Assembly (NCBI RefSeq): GCF_000143415.4
Contig: NW_003314313.1
Span: forward strand, 601,816-646,391
Source of the DNA: Selaginella moellendorffii
Lineage: Eukaryota > Plantae > Lycopodiophyta
Direction: 5' to 3'
Length of the DNA stretch: 44,576 bases
Under the pieces are notes generated by a model. The model saw nothing but the letters and a program-made list of their open reading frames with translations, did no database searches and was not told the DNA's origin. Below, one piece after another: positions 12,901-25,558 of the stretch. Every line of letters starts with the position of its first letter. Position 1 is the first letter of the stretch. The position numbers and the translations under genes are program-made.

Positions 12901-13997
12901 TTGGCTAAGGAATGAAGTTCCTTGTTCAAAATGTTGAAATTGAACTGTTTAAAGTGGTGTGGCTTGGTCGTGATGACCAAGTGGGAAGAGCACCTAAGGG
13001 AAATAAACTATGTCCGTGCAATGGCATAGTGAGTCCGAGGAAAGTAGTCTCTATAAAAGACCCATGGGAGGGTCACGAAGTTGGGCTGTGGATAGAACCC
13101 ATAGCAGAAGATGCTAAAGAGACGTACTAGGGGTGAACATCCTCCGGACTTGGCAAAGAAGAGTCTTTGCTATGGAACCGAAACAATACCTCAAGGAGGG
13201 AGGTAGAGATTCGATGTTGCTTGGTGCAACAATCGACGGATAGGAGCAAAAGATGAGTGGCCAAGATAGGGCCGTGGAATCCCTGGGAAGGAATCCAAGT
13301 GACAAAGTTAGGCGAGGAACACTAATGTGTTGGACGCTAACAAGTTGCGGGAAAGGAAGTGTGTTTCCAAGGAGGGATTCCGAAATGCTCCGATTTGGCG
13401 AAAGTGGAAGCTCCAAGGGAGGGAGCGGTAAGGTAGCCAAATGATAGGGCAATGGACAACCCTAGCACAAAGTGTGATAAATGGAACTTAGTGCCCAAGG
13501 TGGCACGAAATAGAAGAGAGGATGATGGTGCCCTCAAGTAATGAACTTCCTAGGATAGGGAAGTGGAGTTGCACAATCTGTGCAATGCAAGGTGTTGGAG
13601 ACACCTAGGAAATTGACTTCCAAAAGTCAAAAGAGTAAAAGTTCCAAGGTGCAAACATTCAATAGATGGAAATTGAGACTACTCAAGGAGTAGTGGGATT
13701 GACTTAGAGAGGGGTCTCTAAGAGGTTTAGCGAGAACTGAACCAATAAAAAAAGAGCAAACCACCCCAGGTGGTCAAGTGAGTCTCTAAGCTGGAGAGAT
13801 TATCCTCCTTAGAGGATGGGCAAGGCATGGTGAGCCTTTGGTGTCGAACCATTGACGAATGTGGAGAAGGCATGGTGAGCCTTCAATGTCAAACCATTGA
13901 CAAATATTGGCTAGGTGCCAAGGATGGAAATGGTAACACATGCGAGTGTTACTTTACAAAATGGTTTACCGTTCGATGAGGACATCGAACTTCGTCT

Positions 13998-14011
13998 ATG
14001 GGTGGTGGAGT
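13998..14011 (+). promoter_or_regulatory. Polypurine tract of element A
   Basis: atgggtggtggagt lies immediately before the 3' LTR TG, preceded by a perfect hairpin GTTCGATG-agga-CATCGAAC (13971-13990). Confidence 0.75.
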
Positions 14012-15549
14012 TGTGAGACACAAAATCCCTAGGCCCCAAAGTGGAGCCGGAAGGGCGCCACATGGTAGTGGCCGAAGCGAGAGCCAAACGAGCGTAACAC
14101 GTTTGGACCAAAAGCTCCGACTTGAAAAGTCAAGAGCAGGAGTGGAACTCCCAACGAAGTGCTCGAGGAACGAGCACAAAGCGAGCAAAAGGCGAGGCTC
14201 CAAAAAGGGACCCAAAAGGACCAACACATGACACGTGGGAGTGTCCAAGATGGAGTCCAAAGTGGAGTCCGAGATGGACCCAAGTTGAAGTCCGAAGTGG
14301 AGTCCGAGATGGACCCGAGATGGAGTCCGAGATGGAGTCTGAAGTGGAGTCCGAGGTGGACCCGAGATGGACCCGAGATGGAGTCCGAAGTGGAGTCCGA
14401 GGTGGACCCGAGATGGACCCGAGTTGGAGTCCGAAGTGGAGTCCGAGATGGACCCGAGATGGAGTCCGAGATGGAGTCCGAGATGGAGTCCGAGGTGGAC
14501 CCGAGATGGACCCGAAATGGAGTCCGAGATGGAGTCCGAGATGGAGTCCGAGGTGGACCCGAGATGGACCCGAAATGGAGTCCGAGATGGAGTCCGAGAT
14601 GGACCCGAGATGGAGTCCGAGATGGAGTTCGAGATGGACCCGAGATGGACCCGAGATGGAGTCCGAGATGGAGTCCGAGATGGAGTCCAAGATGGAGTCC
14701 GAAGTCGAGACCGAGACCGGGACTGAGACCGAGACCGGGACTGAGACCGAGACCGAGACCGAGATCGGGACCGAGACCGAGATCGGGACCGAGACCGAGA
14801 CCGAGGCCGAGGCCGAGGCCGAGCCCGAGTCCGAGTCCGAATCCGAGTCCGAGTCCGAGTCCGAGTCCGAGTCCGAGTCCGAGTCCAGAGCCTGAGAGGG
14901 TGAAAGCCCAAAGCGTTCGTCTCCCAGACCCTGGGGGGTTTGGTGAGCTCCAAAAGTATAGTAAGGGGGAGGACTGCAGTGGAGCCAGTTTGGCCAGGAA
15001 AGGCCAGTTTGGCCCAGGAAGGCCAGACCCAGTGTTGGGTGATGAGCTGCCCACTGGGAAGTCCAAGACTAGAGTGAACACAGACCGACAAGCGGGGTAG
15101 CTTGGTGAAGTGTTCAAGAGCCGGCTCTAGTTCCCCCGGGAGATCAACTGGCCGATGCTCCCAGTCCAAGTGTGGGTGGCACTACCTACTTGGATACCTG
15201 GTGTGGCTCAACGAAACCCGCTCTAAGCCCATGGCTAGAGCACCCAAGGGCAGAAGGCGAGGAGAGTACCCAGGTGGCTCGCGTGAGGCCACGGTGTTCC
15301 AAAATGTTGTCCCAAAGGCCCAGACTGTGGAAAGGAAGAGGAGCAATCCTCTGGGGTAGTGACCAAGGACACAGTCNNNNNNNNNNNNNNNNNNNNNNNN
15401 NNNNNNNNNNNNNNNNNNNNNNNNNNNNNNNNNNNNNNNNNNNNNNNNNNNNNNNNNNNNNNNNNNNNNNNNNNNNTCATGAGACTCCTCCAAGTGGTCA
15501 GAGGTGTGGTTAAGTGACTAAAGTAAAATGGAAAAATTAGTCGCTTACA
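14012..15549 (+). repeat. 3' LTR of element A (contains an assembly gap)
   Basis: Same termini as the 5' LTR; followed by TSD TTAAC. Confidence 0.92.
15377..15476. other. Assembly gap (100 N)
   Basis: N run. Its flanks map to 9386 and ~9828 in the 5' LTR, implying ~440 bp missing. Confidence 0.99.
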
Positions 15550-18405
15550 TTAACGTCTTTAGACATAGAGGAAAGGTAGTTCCATAACTCATTTAGGTTG
15601 GTGTGTTTCCTATATAGTATGCTTTCCATTACCTTTCGGAGTTGTTTCTGTGACAGTTTGCTAGACATGGGTATGCATCGATGAGCACATTAATCTTCCC
15701 TAACAGGGGGGGGGAGGGGGGGGAGTGTTACAAATGTGACTTTGGGTATTGAAAGATACTTGTCAGCCAGTCCTTATGGACACTCTTTCTTTACTACCAT
15801 GATAATAGGAAGTTAGTACAGTTGGATCCCTTTAGTAGCCCTTCTTGTGCTAGTGGAGTTAACTGGACATTTCAAGTGTACTCAGACTGGACAAACATAA
15901 GGACAGAATTCCTATGTGGTATTAGTTAAGTATACTTAGCCTAGTAAGGAGTCCCTGTCTCATTGTGTCTTGCATTGGCTAGTGACAAAAACCTTTGCGT
16001 ATTGAGTTTAGTCTCTCAATATCACTATAATATAGCTTACTGTGTCTGCCAAATGCTTTTGTTATCATGCCCTATATGTTAGTTTCGTTTTAGATCTATA
16101 TACTATTTATTATAAGTGTCTAGATATGCCTAAAAAGCATATCTACGGAATGTAAAGAGTGTCCTGAGAGTGTCCTGAATCCTATGGTGTTGTTTTTGCT
16201 TCCAGATTCACAATCTAACACCATTCCATATTTAGTAAGTTTCACGCTTATTGCAAAGACTAACTCTTGATACTAAGGGAGGCTTGGGGTGAAAGCCCAA
16301 AGCATGTGTTTCTCAAGGGTGGGGAGAAGTTATTAGGGGTTTCAAATGTATAGTAAGAATAGTGGAGTTATAAAGGGTTCCAAATGTATAGTAGGGATAG
16401 TGGAGCTATAGGGGGTTCCAAATGTATGATAGGGAGTGTTTGGATTTGAAATTTTAATTTAGATCTACACATTGTCTAGATCTCCCTTTCCATATAGCTT
16501 TTTCCATTTCCTTTATTTTGTTTTTTCCTTTTCATTCATCTTTATGGTAGAGTAATAGCCTCTTCCTCCTTTGACTTTAGAGTAGCAGTTGGTGCAGTTG
16601 CTCGATGCTATATGGTTACAATTGAACAATTAGACTCAATTGATGGTGGCATTCACAACATGTAGTACAGCTCATCCTACTATGGGTGCCAATCCTCACG
16701 CTCGGTCGGAGTGCTTCCATAAGACTCCTGAAGATGATATATACCATTGGTTTGATCACTTTATGGTGATTACCATATATCATTTTTGGGATGATGCTTG
16801 AGGTTTGCATAAGTTTCCCACATGTCTCTAAGGGACAACATTGTAATGGTACAATGGTTTGAGCATAGCCACTTATGAGGATTAGAGCATTCTCTTGGAC
16901 TTTCAAATATGCATTTGGACATGTTGATGATTGTGATGATGCCTTCCAACAATTATTTTGTTTTCATCAAGGGCCATCTGAGTCAATGATGCAATTTGGC
17001 ATTCGTTTCTAAAGGCTCTTGCTTCACGTAGAGCCAAATATGTTAAGAGCAGATCAAGTTGGGAATGTTGTGGCCAGCACTTTGTCAAGATCTTGTAGGA
17101 GTTGTGCATGCATTTGCTCCAACCACCTTTGATGATTCTCTTTACTTGGCACAATGTTATAAGATGTTGCCTCTTCCACTTCTTGTTGCACATCCTTTAG
17201 CTCCACTTTCTGTAGAAGAGTTGATATTGTTGTTGCTCAAGTTCAAGGACAAAGGTAAAGACGTGGTTATGGCCATAATGTCTGCTACTGGGTTTGTGAT
17301 GAAATTAGTCACACTTATCAGCATTGTCAACATTTTCTAGATTGGCAACCTCCATTTCCTGGGTGGAGACCTTGGTGTCAACAATGTGTTATTGATGTTG
17401 TTGTAGTAAAAGGTTTGGACATTGAGATGCTTCTAGGAAATGAGGAGTCGCTTAGAATAACAAAGGGATCTTGCGTGAATAAGTTAGTGACCCCTCCATT
17501 TTTCTTTCGGGAGTATCATTGGGAATATCACTTGGCACTAGTTCATCTAGTATTTACTTTCTAAACTTGTTTTTATAACAAAAAGTCTCCTATTATTCTC
17601 TCCATTTTGGTTGATATAGGCTCAAGTTTGACATCTATTGCTTGGTCTGTTGCCATATATTGCCATCTACATTTGTATCATACAGCAAAGCTAGTTTTTA
17701 TTCTTTATGGCAATGGTCATATATATGCATGTGCATAGGATGAGGTAAACTTAATTATACGTGTGGGCAATTTTGAGTTTGAGTTGTAGTCATTGCGGGT
17801 GGTGTCAAATCAAGCTTTTGACCTCATCCTTGGTATCGATTGGTTGCGGCACAATTATGCCAAGTATGACTTTGAGGCTTCTCCCCCTTGTTTTATACTT
17901 TTTTATATTTCTTCAATTCCTCTCATTTCTATTTTTATTCCTCTTCCTCCCTCTACTTTTACCTTTGCTTCTATCAATTTTGTCTTCCCATTACTTTCTC
18001 CTATGTTTCTATTTTGTTCCTTTCTTCCCTTTTCCAATCCTTTTGACGGTCTTTGTGTTGTAGTAGTTGACTAGCTCATGAAGGAGTATGCCAATCTATT
18101 TGAATTTTACATGTCATCTAGAGCCAAGATTGCAACATGTCATCCTATTCTAACTGAGGATGCTCGTTTAATCAAAGTTACTGTTCATAGTCAGTCATCA
18201 AAAGATATCAAGATTTTACATACAAACGTTAAGGAGATGATGAAAATGGGTGTTATTCAAAAGTTATGGAGTTATTAGGTGTATGAACCTCATCTTATGA
18301 TGAAGCCTGATAGGAGTAATCGTTTCTACATCAACTATCATCCATTAAATAAAGTGATAATCCCAAATATGTACCTTTTTTCTCACATTGCTAATCTCTT
18401 GGATT

Positions 18406-18885
18406 TGTAAGTGATTAATTTTTTCATTCTACTTTAGTCACTTAACCACACTTCTGACCACTTGAAGGAATCTCACTCACAACCTCCATAAGTCTTATTC
18501 CAAAGTTGGGGACTTGCTAGCCTTAAGAATGGTATCTATGCCACTCAGCATTTGCACTTGGTCCAAGTGCTTCACGTGTTTGATCCCATGATTGATATTT
18601 AAAGGTATCACTAATATATTAGTTTGTTATGCTAAGACCATGCCCATTCACCTTTGTCACACTGGTGATCTAACACCACCTGCATCATAGTCCTGTCTTT
18701 CAAAGATTGGGCCATCTGTCCATGAGTGATCATCCTAGATCCACTCTTTAGCATCCTTAGGATGCCCACAAATATAGAGAATAACCTTCCTCAATATCCC
18801 TTTTTCGTTCACCACCAAATCCCTTTCCATCCACAGCCGTGTTTGCCAATATTGCCGTTGAGTTAGAGCTTGAAGGCCCAACCAT
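18406..18885 (-). mobile_element. Truncated, diverged element-A-family LTR (3' portion)
   Basis: Reverse complement of the LTR 3' end (tgtaagtgattaatt..agtcacttaaccaca). Similarity fades at ~18885; the RT core of element C is missing at this junction. Confidence 0.85.
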
Positions 18886-19282
18886 TACATCCCATTAACC
18901 TTTGGAATCTTTCATATGGTCTATGGACTATGAGCAGACATAAAAAGCTATTAACAACTCCTCCAATTTTAGTATATCCTAACTACACTCGACCTTTCAT
19001 TTTATGTATGGATGCTTATGATATTCCTCTTGGAGGTGTGTTGATGTAAGAGAGCTTAAGTGTGTTTAGTCCATCCCATTGTATATATCAATTGAACATT
19101 ACAACCAGCAGAGGTGAAATACTCTACAACTAACAAGTGTTTAGTACCAATTTGTGATTTCGAGAAACTTCATGCATATCTACATGGTTTTCTAATATTA
19201 TTAAAAGGTGATAATGCTATGGTTACTTCATTATTGAAGCAAAAGAATTTGGTTGATCATACTACTTAGTAGGCTATGAAAC

Positions 19283-21123
19283 TGTAAGTGACTAATTTTT
19301 CCATTCTACTATAGTCACTTAACCATACCTCCGACCACTTGGAGGAGTCTCATTCACAACCTCCTTAAGTCCAATTCAGGACTTGGAACTTGCTAGCCCC
19401 AAGAATAACATCCATGCCACTCATCCTTTGCACTTGGTCTAAGTGCTCCACGTGTCCAGTCCCAAGACCAACACCCCAAGGTACCACCGACATACCAGCC
19501 CGTTACGCTAAAGCCATGCCCCTTCACCTTGGTCACACCGGTTTGCATCGCAATCCCGTCTCTCAACGACTGGGCCATCCGTTCAAGAGTGACCATCCAA
19601 GATCCACTCCTTAGCATCCTTAAGATGCCTGCAGACATAGGGAACCGCCTTCCCCAATATCCCTTTTACAGTCCCCATCAAGTCCCTTTTCCATCCATGA
19701 CCGAGTTTGCCTACACTGCCACTGGGACAAAGGCCATAGGCCCGACCACTAAGTCCCACTGTCCTCTGGGACTTTCTCACCATACGACCGTATCCTTGGT
19801 CACCACACCAGAGGACTACTCCTCTTCCATTCTATAGTCTAAGACTTTGGGACAACATTTTGGAACAACATGGCCTTACGTGAGCCTCATGGGTACTCTT
19901 CCCGCTTTCCGCCTTTAGGTGCTCTAGCCATGGGCCACTAAGTCCCATTGTCCTCGGGGACTTCCTCACCATGTGACCATATCCTTAGTCACTACATTAG
20001 AGGATTGCTCCTTCTCCTTTCCCCAGTTTGGGACTTTGGGACAACATTTCGGAACACCGTGGCCCTACACGAGCCCCGTGGGTACTCTCCCCACCTTCCG
20101 CCTTTAGGTGCTCTAGCCATGGGCTTAGAGCGAGGTTCCGTTGAGCCACGCCAGGTATCCAAGTAGGTAGTGCCACCCACACTTGGATTGGGAGCATTGA
20201 CCATTCGATCTCCCGGGGGAACTAGAACCGGCTCTTGAACACTTCACCAAGCTACCCCGCTTGTTGGTCCGTATTCACTCTAGCCTTGGACCTCTCAGTG
20301 GTTATCCCATCACCCAACACCTGGGTACAACCTTCTTGGGCCAAACTGACCTTTCTTGGCCAAACTGGCTCCATTGGAGTCCTCCCCCTACTATACTTTT
20401 GGAGCTCACCAAACCCCCCAGGGTCTGAGAGACGAACGCTTTGGGCTTTCACCCTCTCAGACTCGAACTCGGACTTGGACTCGAACTCGGACTTGGACTC
20501 GGACTCGAACTCGGGCTTGGGCTCGGTCTCGGCCTTGTCCTCGGACTCGAACTCGGGCTTGGGCTCGGTCTCGGCCTTGTCCTCGGTCTTGGTCCTGGTC
20601 TCGGTCTCGGTCTCAGTCCCAGTCTCGGTCTCAGTCTCGACTTCGGACTCCATCTTGGATTCCACCTCGGGTCCATCTAGGACTCCATCTCGGTCCATCT
20701 CGGACTCCATCTCGGACTCCATCTCAGACTCCATCTCGGACTCCATCTCGGGTTCATTTCGGATTCCATCTCAGACTCCAATTCGGGTCCATCTCGGATC
20801 CATCTCAGACCCCATCTCAAACTCCATCTCACGTCCATCTTAGATTCCATCTTGGGTCCATCTCAAGTCCATCTCAGACTCCATTTCGGACTCCTCCACG
20901 TGTCATGTGCTGGTCCTCTCATGTCCCTTTTATAGAGACTCACTTATTACTCGCTTCATGCTCGTTTCTTGAGGGCTCTGTTGGAAGTTCCACTCCCACT
21001 CTCGACCTTTCAAGTCGGAGCCTTTTAGTCCAAACGTGTTACACTTGTTTGGCTTTTGCTTCGGCCACTACCACGTGGCACCCTTTTGGCTCCACTTTGG
21101 GGCTTAGGGATTTGTGTCTCACA
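19283..21123 (-). mobile_element. Solo LTR of the element-A family
   Basis: Complete reverse-strand LTR with perfect 5-bp TSD GAAAC (19278-19282 / 21124-21128), inserted at the end of element C RNase H. Confidence 0.93.
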
Positions 21124-21577
21124 GAAACTTTAGATATATTATTTTGATGTTGTTTATCATTTGGGGAGTTTTATGGCTAATGTTGATGCCCATTCTCGAA
21201 ATTTTCCTTCTTCGCTCTTTTCTCATATTTTTTATAAAACTTTCAGAAAATAGTCCCACATTTATGGCTGAGGCATTTCATGTTTTGACCTCTCGGTTGG
21301 GGATACACTACACTTTCATGAGTGTTTATCATCCATCGTCAGATGGTTTGGTGAAATGGCTTGTTCGGACCTTCAAAGGGATGATTGTGAAATATATAAA
21401 CTTTCAGGATTCAGATTGGGATGGTTATTTGCCATCTTTTTAGTATGCATATGTCACAAGGATGCAAATTTTTGTTAGTGCTTCACCATATAAACTCCTA
21501 TATGGTTATGATCCAATACTACTAATGGAGTTGAGTTTATCTTATGTGATTGCCACGAGCTGCCTATACTAAATCTT

Positions 21578-22149
21578 TGTGAGACACAAATCCCTATGCC
21601 CTAAAGTAAAGTAGAAAGGGTGTCACATAGTAGTGGTCAAAGCGGAAGTCCAACAAACATAATATATTTGGACTAAATATTCTAACTTGGAAAATCAAAA
21701 GTGGGAGTGGAACTCCAAACAAAGTGCTCAAGGGGTGAGCAGGAAGCAATTGGGGAATGAGTCTCTAAAATGGGACACAAAAAGAACTAATACATAGTGA
21801 ATGTCATGACATATGAAAGTGTCAAGAACAAGTCCAAGAAGGAGTCTAAGATGGAGCCTGATATAGACTTGAGATGGACCCAAGATGAAGTCCAATACGG
21901 ACCCGAGATAGACCTAAAATGGAGTTCGAGATGGAGTCTGATATAGATCCAAGATGGACCTGAGATGGAGTTTGAGATGGACTCGAGATGAAGTTTGAGA
22001 TGGACCCAAGATGAAGTTTGAGATGGACCCATGATGGAGTCCGAGGTTGAGTGGAATAAGACTTATAGAGGTTGTGAGTGAGACTCCTCCAAATGGTCAA
22101 AAGTGTGGTTAAGTGACTAAAGTAGAATGAAAAATTTAGTTTCTTTACA
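21578..22149 (+). mobile_element. Short (572 bp), older solo LTR of the element-A family lacking the central ~1.2 kb
   Basis: tgtgagacac...tttaca termini; near-perfect TSD ATCTT/GTCTT; degenerate satellite joined directly to the LTR 3' end. Confidence 0.85.
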
Positions 22150-23596
22150 GTCTTGGGATCAATATTTAACAAGTATATTTCCACTTGTCCAAGTAAAGTT
22201 TGCTGAACATCTGGGTCATATATAAGTGGGACAACAATGGTGTTACAACTTCATCATTATCCACTTACAAAGTACAAAGTGGATGACTTAGTGTTAGTCT
22301 ATTTTCCCAATCTTATGGTACAAAGTTTTTTTAAAGGGCTCCTTGTTCAGCGGAAGAGATTATTGTGGCAAGCTGGACTGCAAGTTTATAAAGTTTGGCA
22401 TAACGTTTAACAAATTAATCCTTCAAAAATTGTGTATGTGTAGCAATTGAAACATTTCGTACAAAGGGATCAGAAACAACTTGCACCCCTTACAGATCGA
22501 TTGATGCCTCCTCCTAATGTTCCTCCAAATCCCGGCCCGTCCACAAAAGAACTCTATTCCATCATTCTAAAAGAAAGGGATGATATGAGGTCTAAGTGTA
22601 TAGCTACAATACTGTATACTAATATTAACATAGTGGGATTTGATAGCCGTTAAATTGATTTCAATTTAGACCATTCACTCTTGTATATAAGCTAAGGTTT
22701 TTAGGTTAATTAATATGCACTCCATTTTCATATTCCATGCACTTACAGTATGTTGAGAATTATTTTTAAAAAAAAATACTTCTCAAGCTTTATTGTAATA
22801 ACTAAACTTTCACCATCTAATGCTTCATATTCCATATTTCATGCTCCAAGATTTATATTCCATGTTTCTATCATATAATTTCATTTTAAATTTTTCTATG
22901 TGTTGCCAAAGTATATTTGGAGGAAATTGTAAAAATGGGAAAAATTAAAAGCATCATTCATATATATATGTAAAAGAGGCTACTAATTCAATTGTTAAGT
23001 TTCTAAATTAGCTTGGAGTTTATATTTACACTAAAATACTTAATTTACACGTAGTTTGAACAATAGAGAAATTAAATAACTTTAAACTTAAGAGTAACTT
23101 ATCTTTAATGGGTTTAAAGTAACTTTGAACAATACTTAATTTTGATTACTACCCTTGATAGATATTTAAATCCAAAAATCTTTAGAAATTTTTGTTATCT
23201 AATAGTAATACCTTTGAGAAATTCTGCTTGCAGCAGAGACAGACAACACTGAGTCACTAAGGGTGGGCGTTGTAGACAACACTGACGCCTCGCCACGAGA
23301 CAAGAGTTGTAGCACAGGACCAAATTACACCTACCGATTCTTTTAAGCTGTCTCCAGAAAGGTACTTGAACCGCAAGTTAATTTCTCACACTTCTTTTCC
23401 CTTTTGTAGGAGATAACGCAAGAAATTACCCTTGACTCGAGGATTGTTCGTCAGGAGGTATGGTTTTATACAAGTTTTCTGACTTTTTGTGGCAGGCACG
23501 CTGGAGTCGTGGGATGCGTGGGACCCGTACAAAAGCCTCTAACTGGTACGTTGTGCCTTGTATTTTCTGGGTTTCTCTTTTGTGCGAGTAGCAGCC

Positions 23597-24309
<713 letters not shown>

Positions 24310-24330
24310 AACACGGACGGTTTTCAAGAT

Positions 24331-25011
24331 ATGTACTGTTTTCGATTCATCATCTCGTCTCGAAACCCGTCTAAGGCCGGGGACGTGAGTGAGATCGAGG
24401 AAGATGGAACTGATTCTGAGGAACTGTCGTCCGGATGGAGGTTCCTAGCACGAGTTCTTGGCATCGGCCGATTTTTTCCCATTCGAAAGGAGTTGAAGAA
24501 GAAGATAACAAAGATACACAAAGGATTATATACGACTGTAGCTGACAAGGTAAGGGAAGGAGTTTCTGTTTTCAGTTTTCAGTTTTAAGCCATGATGCGT
24601 GTCTTTCAGGAACAAGTTCTGTTCGAGCAGAGGGAATTTATAAATTTTTGGGAGCAAAACCTACGCTACACAGCGCCAGACGCAGTCCCGAGAGCAGCAG
24701 CAGCGCCTAAACCGCCAGCGGCTGAGAGACGGAGCCACCCTGATTTTAGCAAGTTTTTCAAGATCAGGCTCAAGTTTCCTTCAGTGCCAGTGCGTCCAGC
24801 GTTCCGACTTGTGAAGAGCTTCATAATGTGGTGGTGGCCGAGACAAACTAAGAAGGAGCCAACGGATGATGCTGCTGTTGCTCCTGATGCTGCCGCCAGC
24901 TTTGGAACGCCGTTGCCTCCAAATCTACTGAGTGAGACTTGGGAAGCCTTCAAACTCAAGCTCGGCTTAGTCGTGGTGCTGCTGGTGATCTCGCTCTTGG
25001 TCCTCAGATAA
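24331..25011 (+). CDS. Putative chimeric or 5'-truncated gene of unknown function (exons 24331-24549, 24610-25011; 206 aa; C-terminal hydrophobic anchor)
   Basis: Two ORFs joined in frame by a 60-bp GT-AG intron (AAG|gtaagg...tttcag|GAA); ends LGLVVVLLVISLLVLR*. The first ~9 codons are GST 3'UTR sequence. Confidence 0.5.
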
Positions 25012-25558
25012 CGCACGCACACCTCTCTAGAGCCGAGGTATGGTTTAACACCTCTCATTTGTTCGCTTCGCTGTATAAAATATAGATGTCTGACACTCGA
25101 GTCTTTGTCCCGTGATCTTTTACGTTTTATCTTTTCTGCTTGCAGCAGAGACAGAGACACTAATGCCTCACTCCGAGACAAGAGTCGTATCAGAGGACCA
25201 AATTACACCTACGGATTGTTTTAAGCTGTCACCAGGAAGGTACTTGAACCGCAAGTTAATTTCTCACACTTCTTTTCCCTTCTGTAGGAGATAACGCAAG
25301 AATCTACCGCAAACATAATCTTGACTCGAGGATTGGCGCGAGACCGTCAGAAGGGATGGTGTTTATAAAGGTCACGACGAGTTTTCTGATCTTTTGTGGC
25401 AGGCACGCTGGAGTCCCGTACAAAAGCCTCTTAACTTAGAGACTTCTCAGGTGCCTTAACGAATATCCACCGGCTCGCTGGCATATATCTTCAGAGAACT
25501 GGTACGTTGTGCCTTGTATTTTCTGAGTTTCTCTTTTGAGTAGAAGCAAGTAGAAGAC

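Larger units (their letters stand above)
8057..15549 (+). mobile_element. Young full-length non-autonomous LTR retroelement ('element A', LARD-like)
   Basis: TG...CA LTRs at 8057-9901 and 14012-15549; perfect 5-bp TSD TTAAC (8052-8056 / 15550-15554); PBS and PPT present. The 4.1 kb internal region has no recognisable gag/pol ORF. Confidence 0.93.
3055..16435 (+). mobile_element. Complex non-autonomous gypsy-derived element ('element B', copy 1) with repeated LTR-like modules
   Basis: TG-starting ~550-bp repeats at 3055 and 15726, the latter preceded by a G-rich PPT (15705-15725). The same module recurs at ~6180-6365 and ~6530-6880. Carries a decayed gag-protease. Right boundary is approximate. 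Confidence 0.6.
16640..22480 (+). pseudogene. Decayed gag-pol of element C, interrupted by three element-A-family LTR pieces
   Basis: Gag-like EDDIYHWFDHF...FPTCL.G...WYNGL; protease ILVDIGSS and FDLILGIDWL; RT start MGVIQK...RFYINYHPLNKVIIP; RNase H LTTPPILVYPNYTRPFILCMDAYDIPLGGVL; integrase SVYHPSSDG...DWDGYLP; YKVDDLVLVYFP. Numerous stops and frameshifts. Confidence 0.85.
2916..22747 (+). mobile_element. Old degenerate Ty3/gypsy LTR retrotransposon ('element C'), host of a nested insertion cluster
   Basis: Short direct repeats at 2916-3049 and ~22586-22747 (both end tgcactYaca); purine tract aaaagaaaggga precedes the right copy. Decayed gag/PR/RT/RNaseH/IN lies between them. The joined flanks match the uninterrupted paralogous GST spacer at ~27020-27150. 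Confidence 0.72.
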
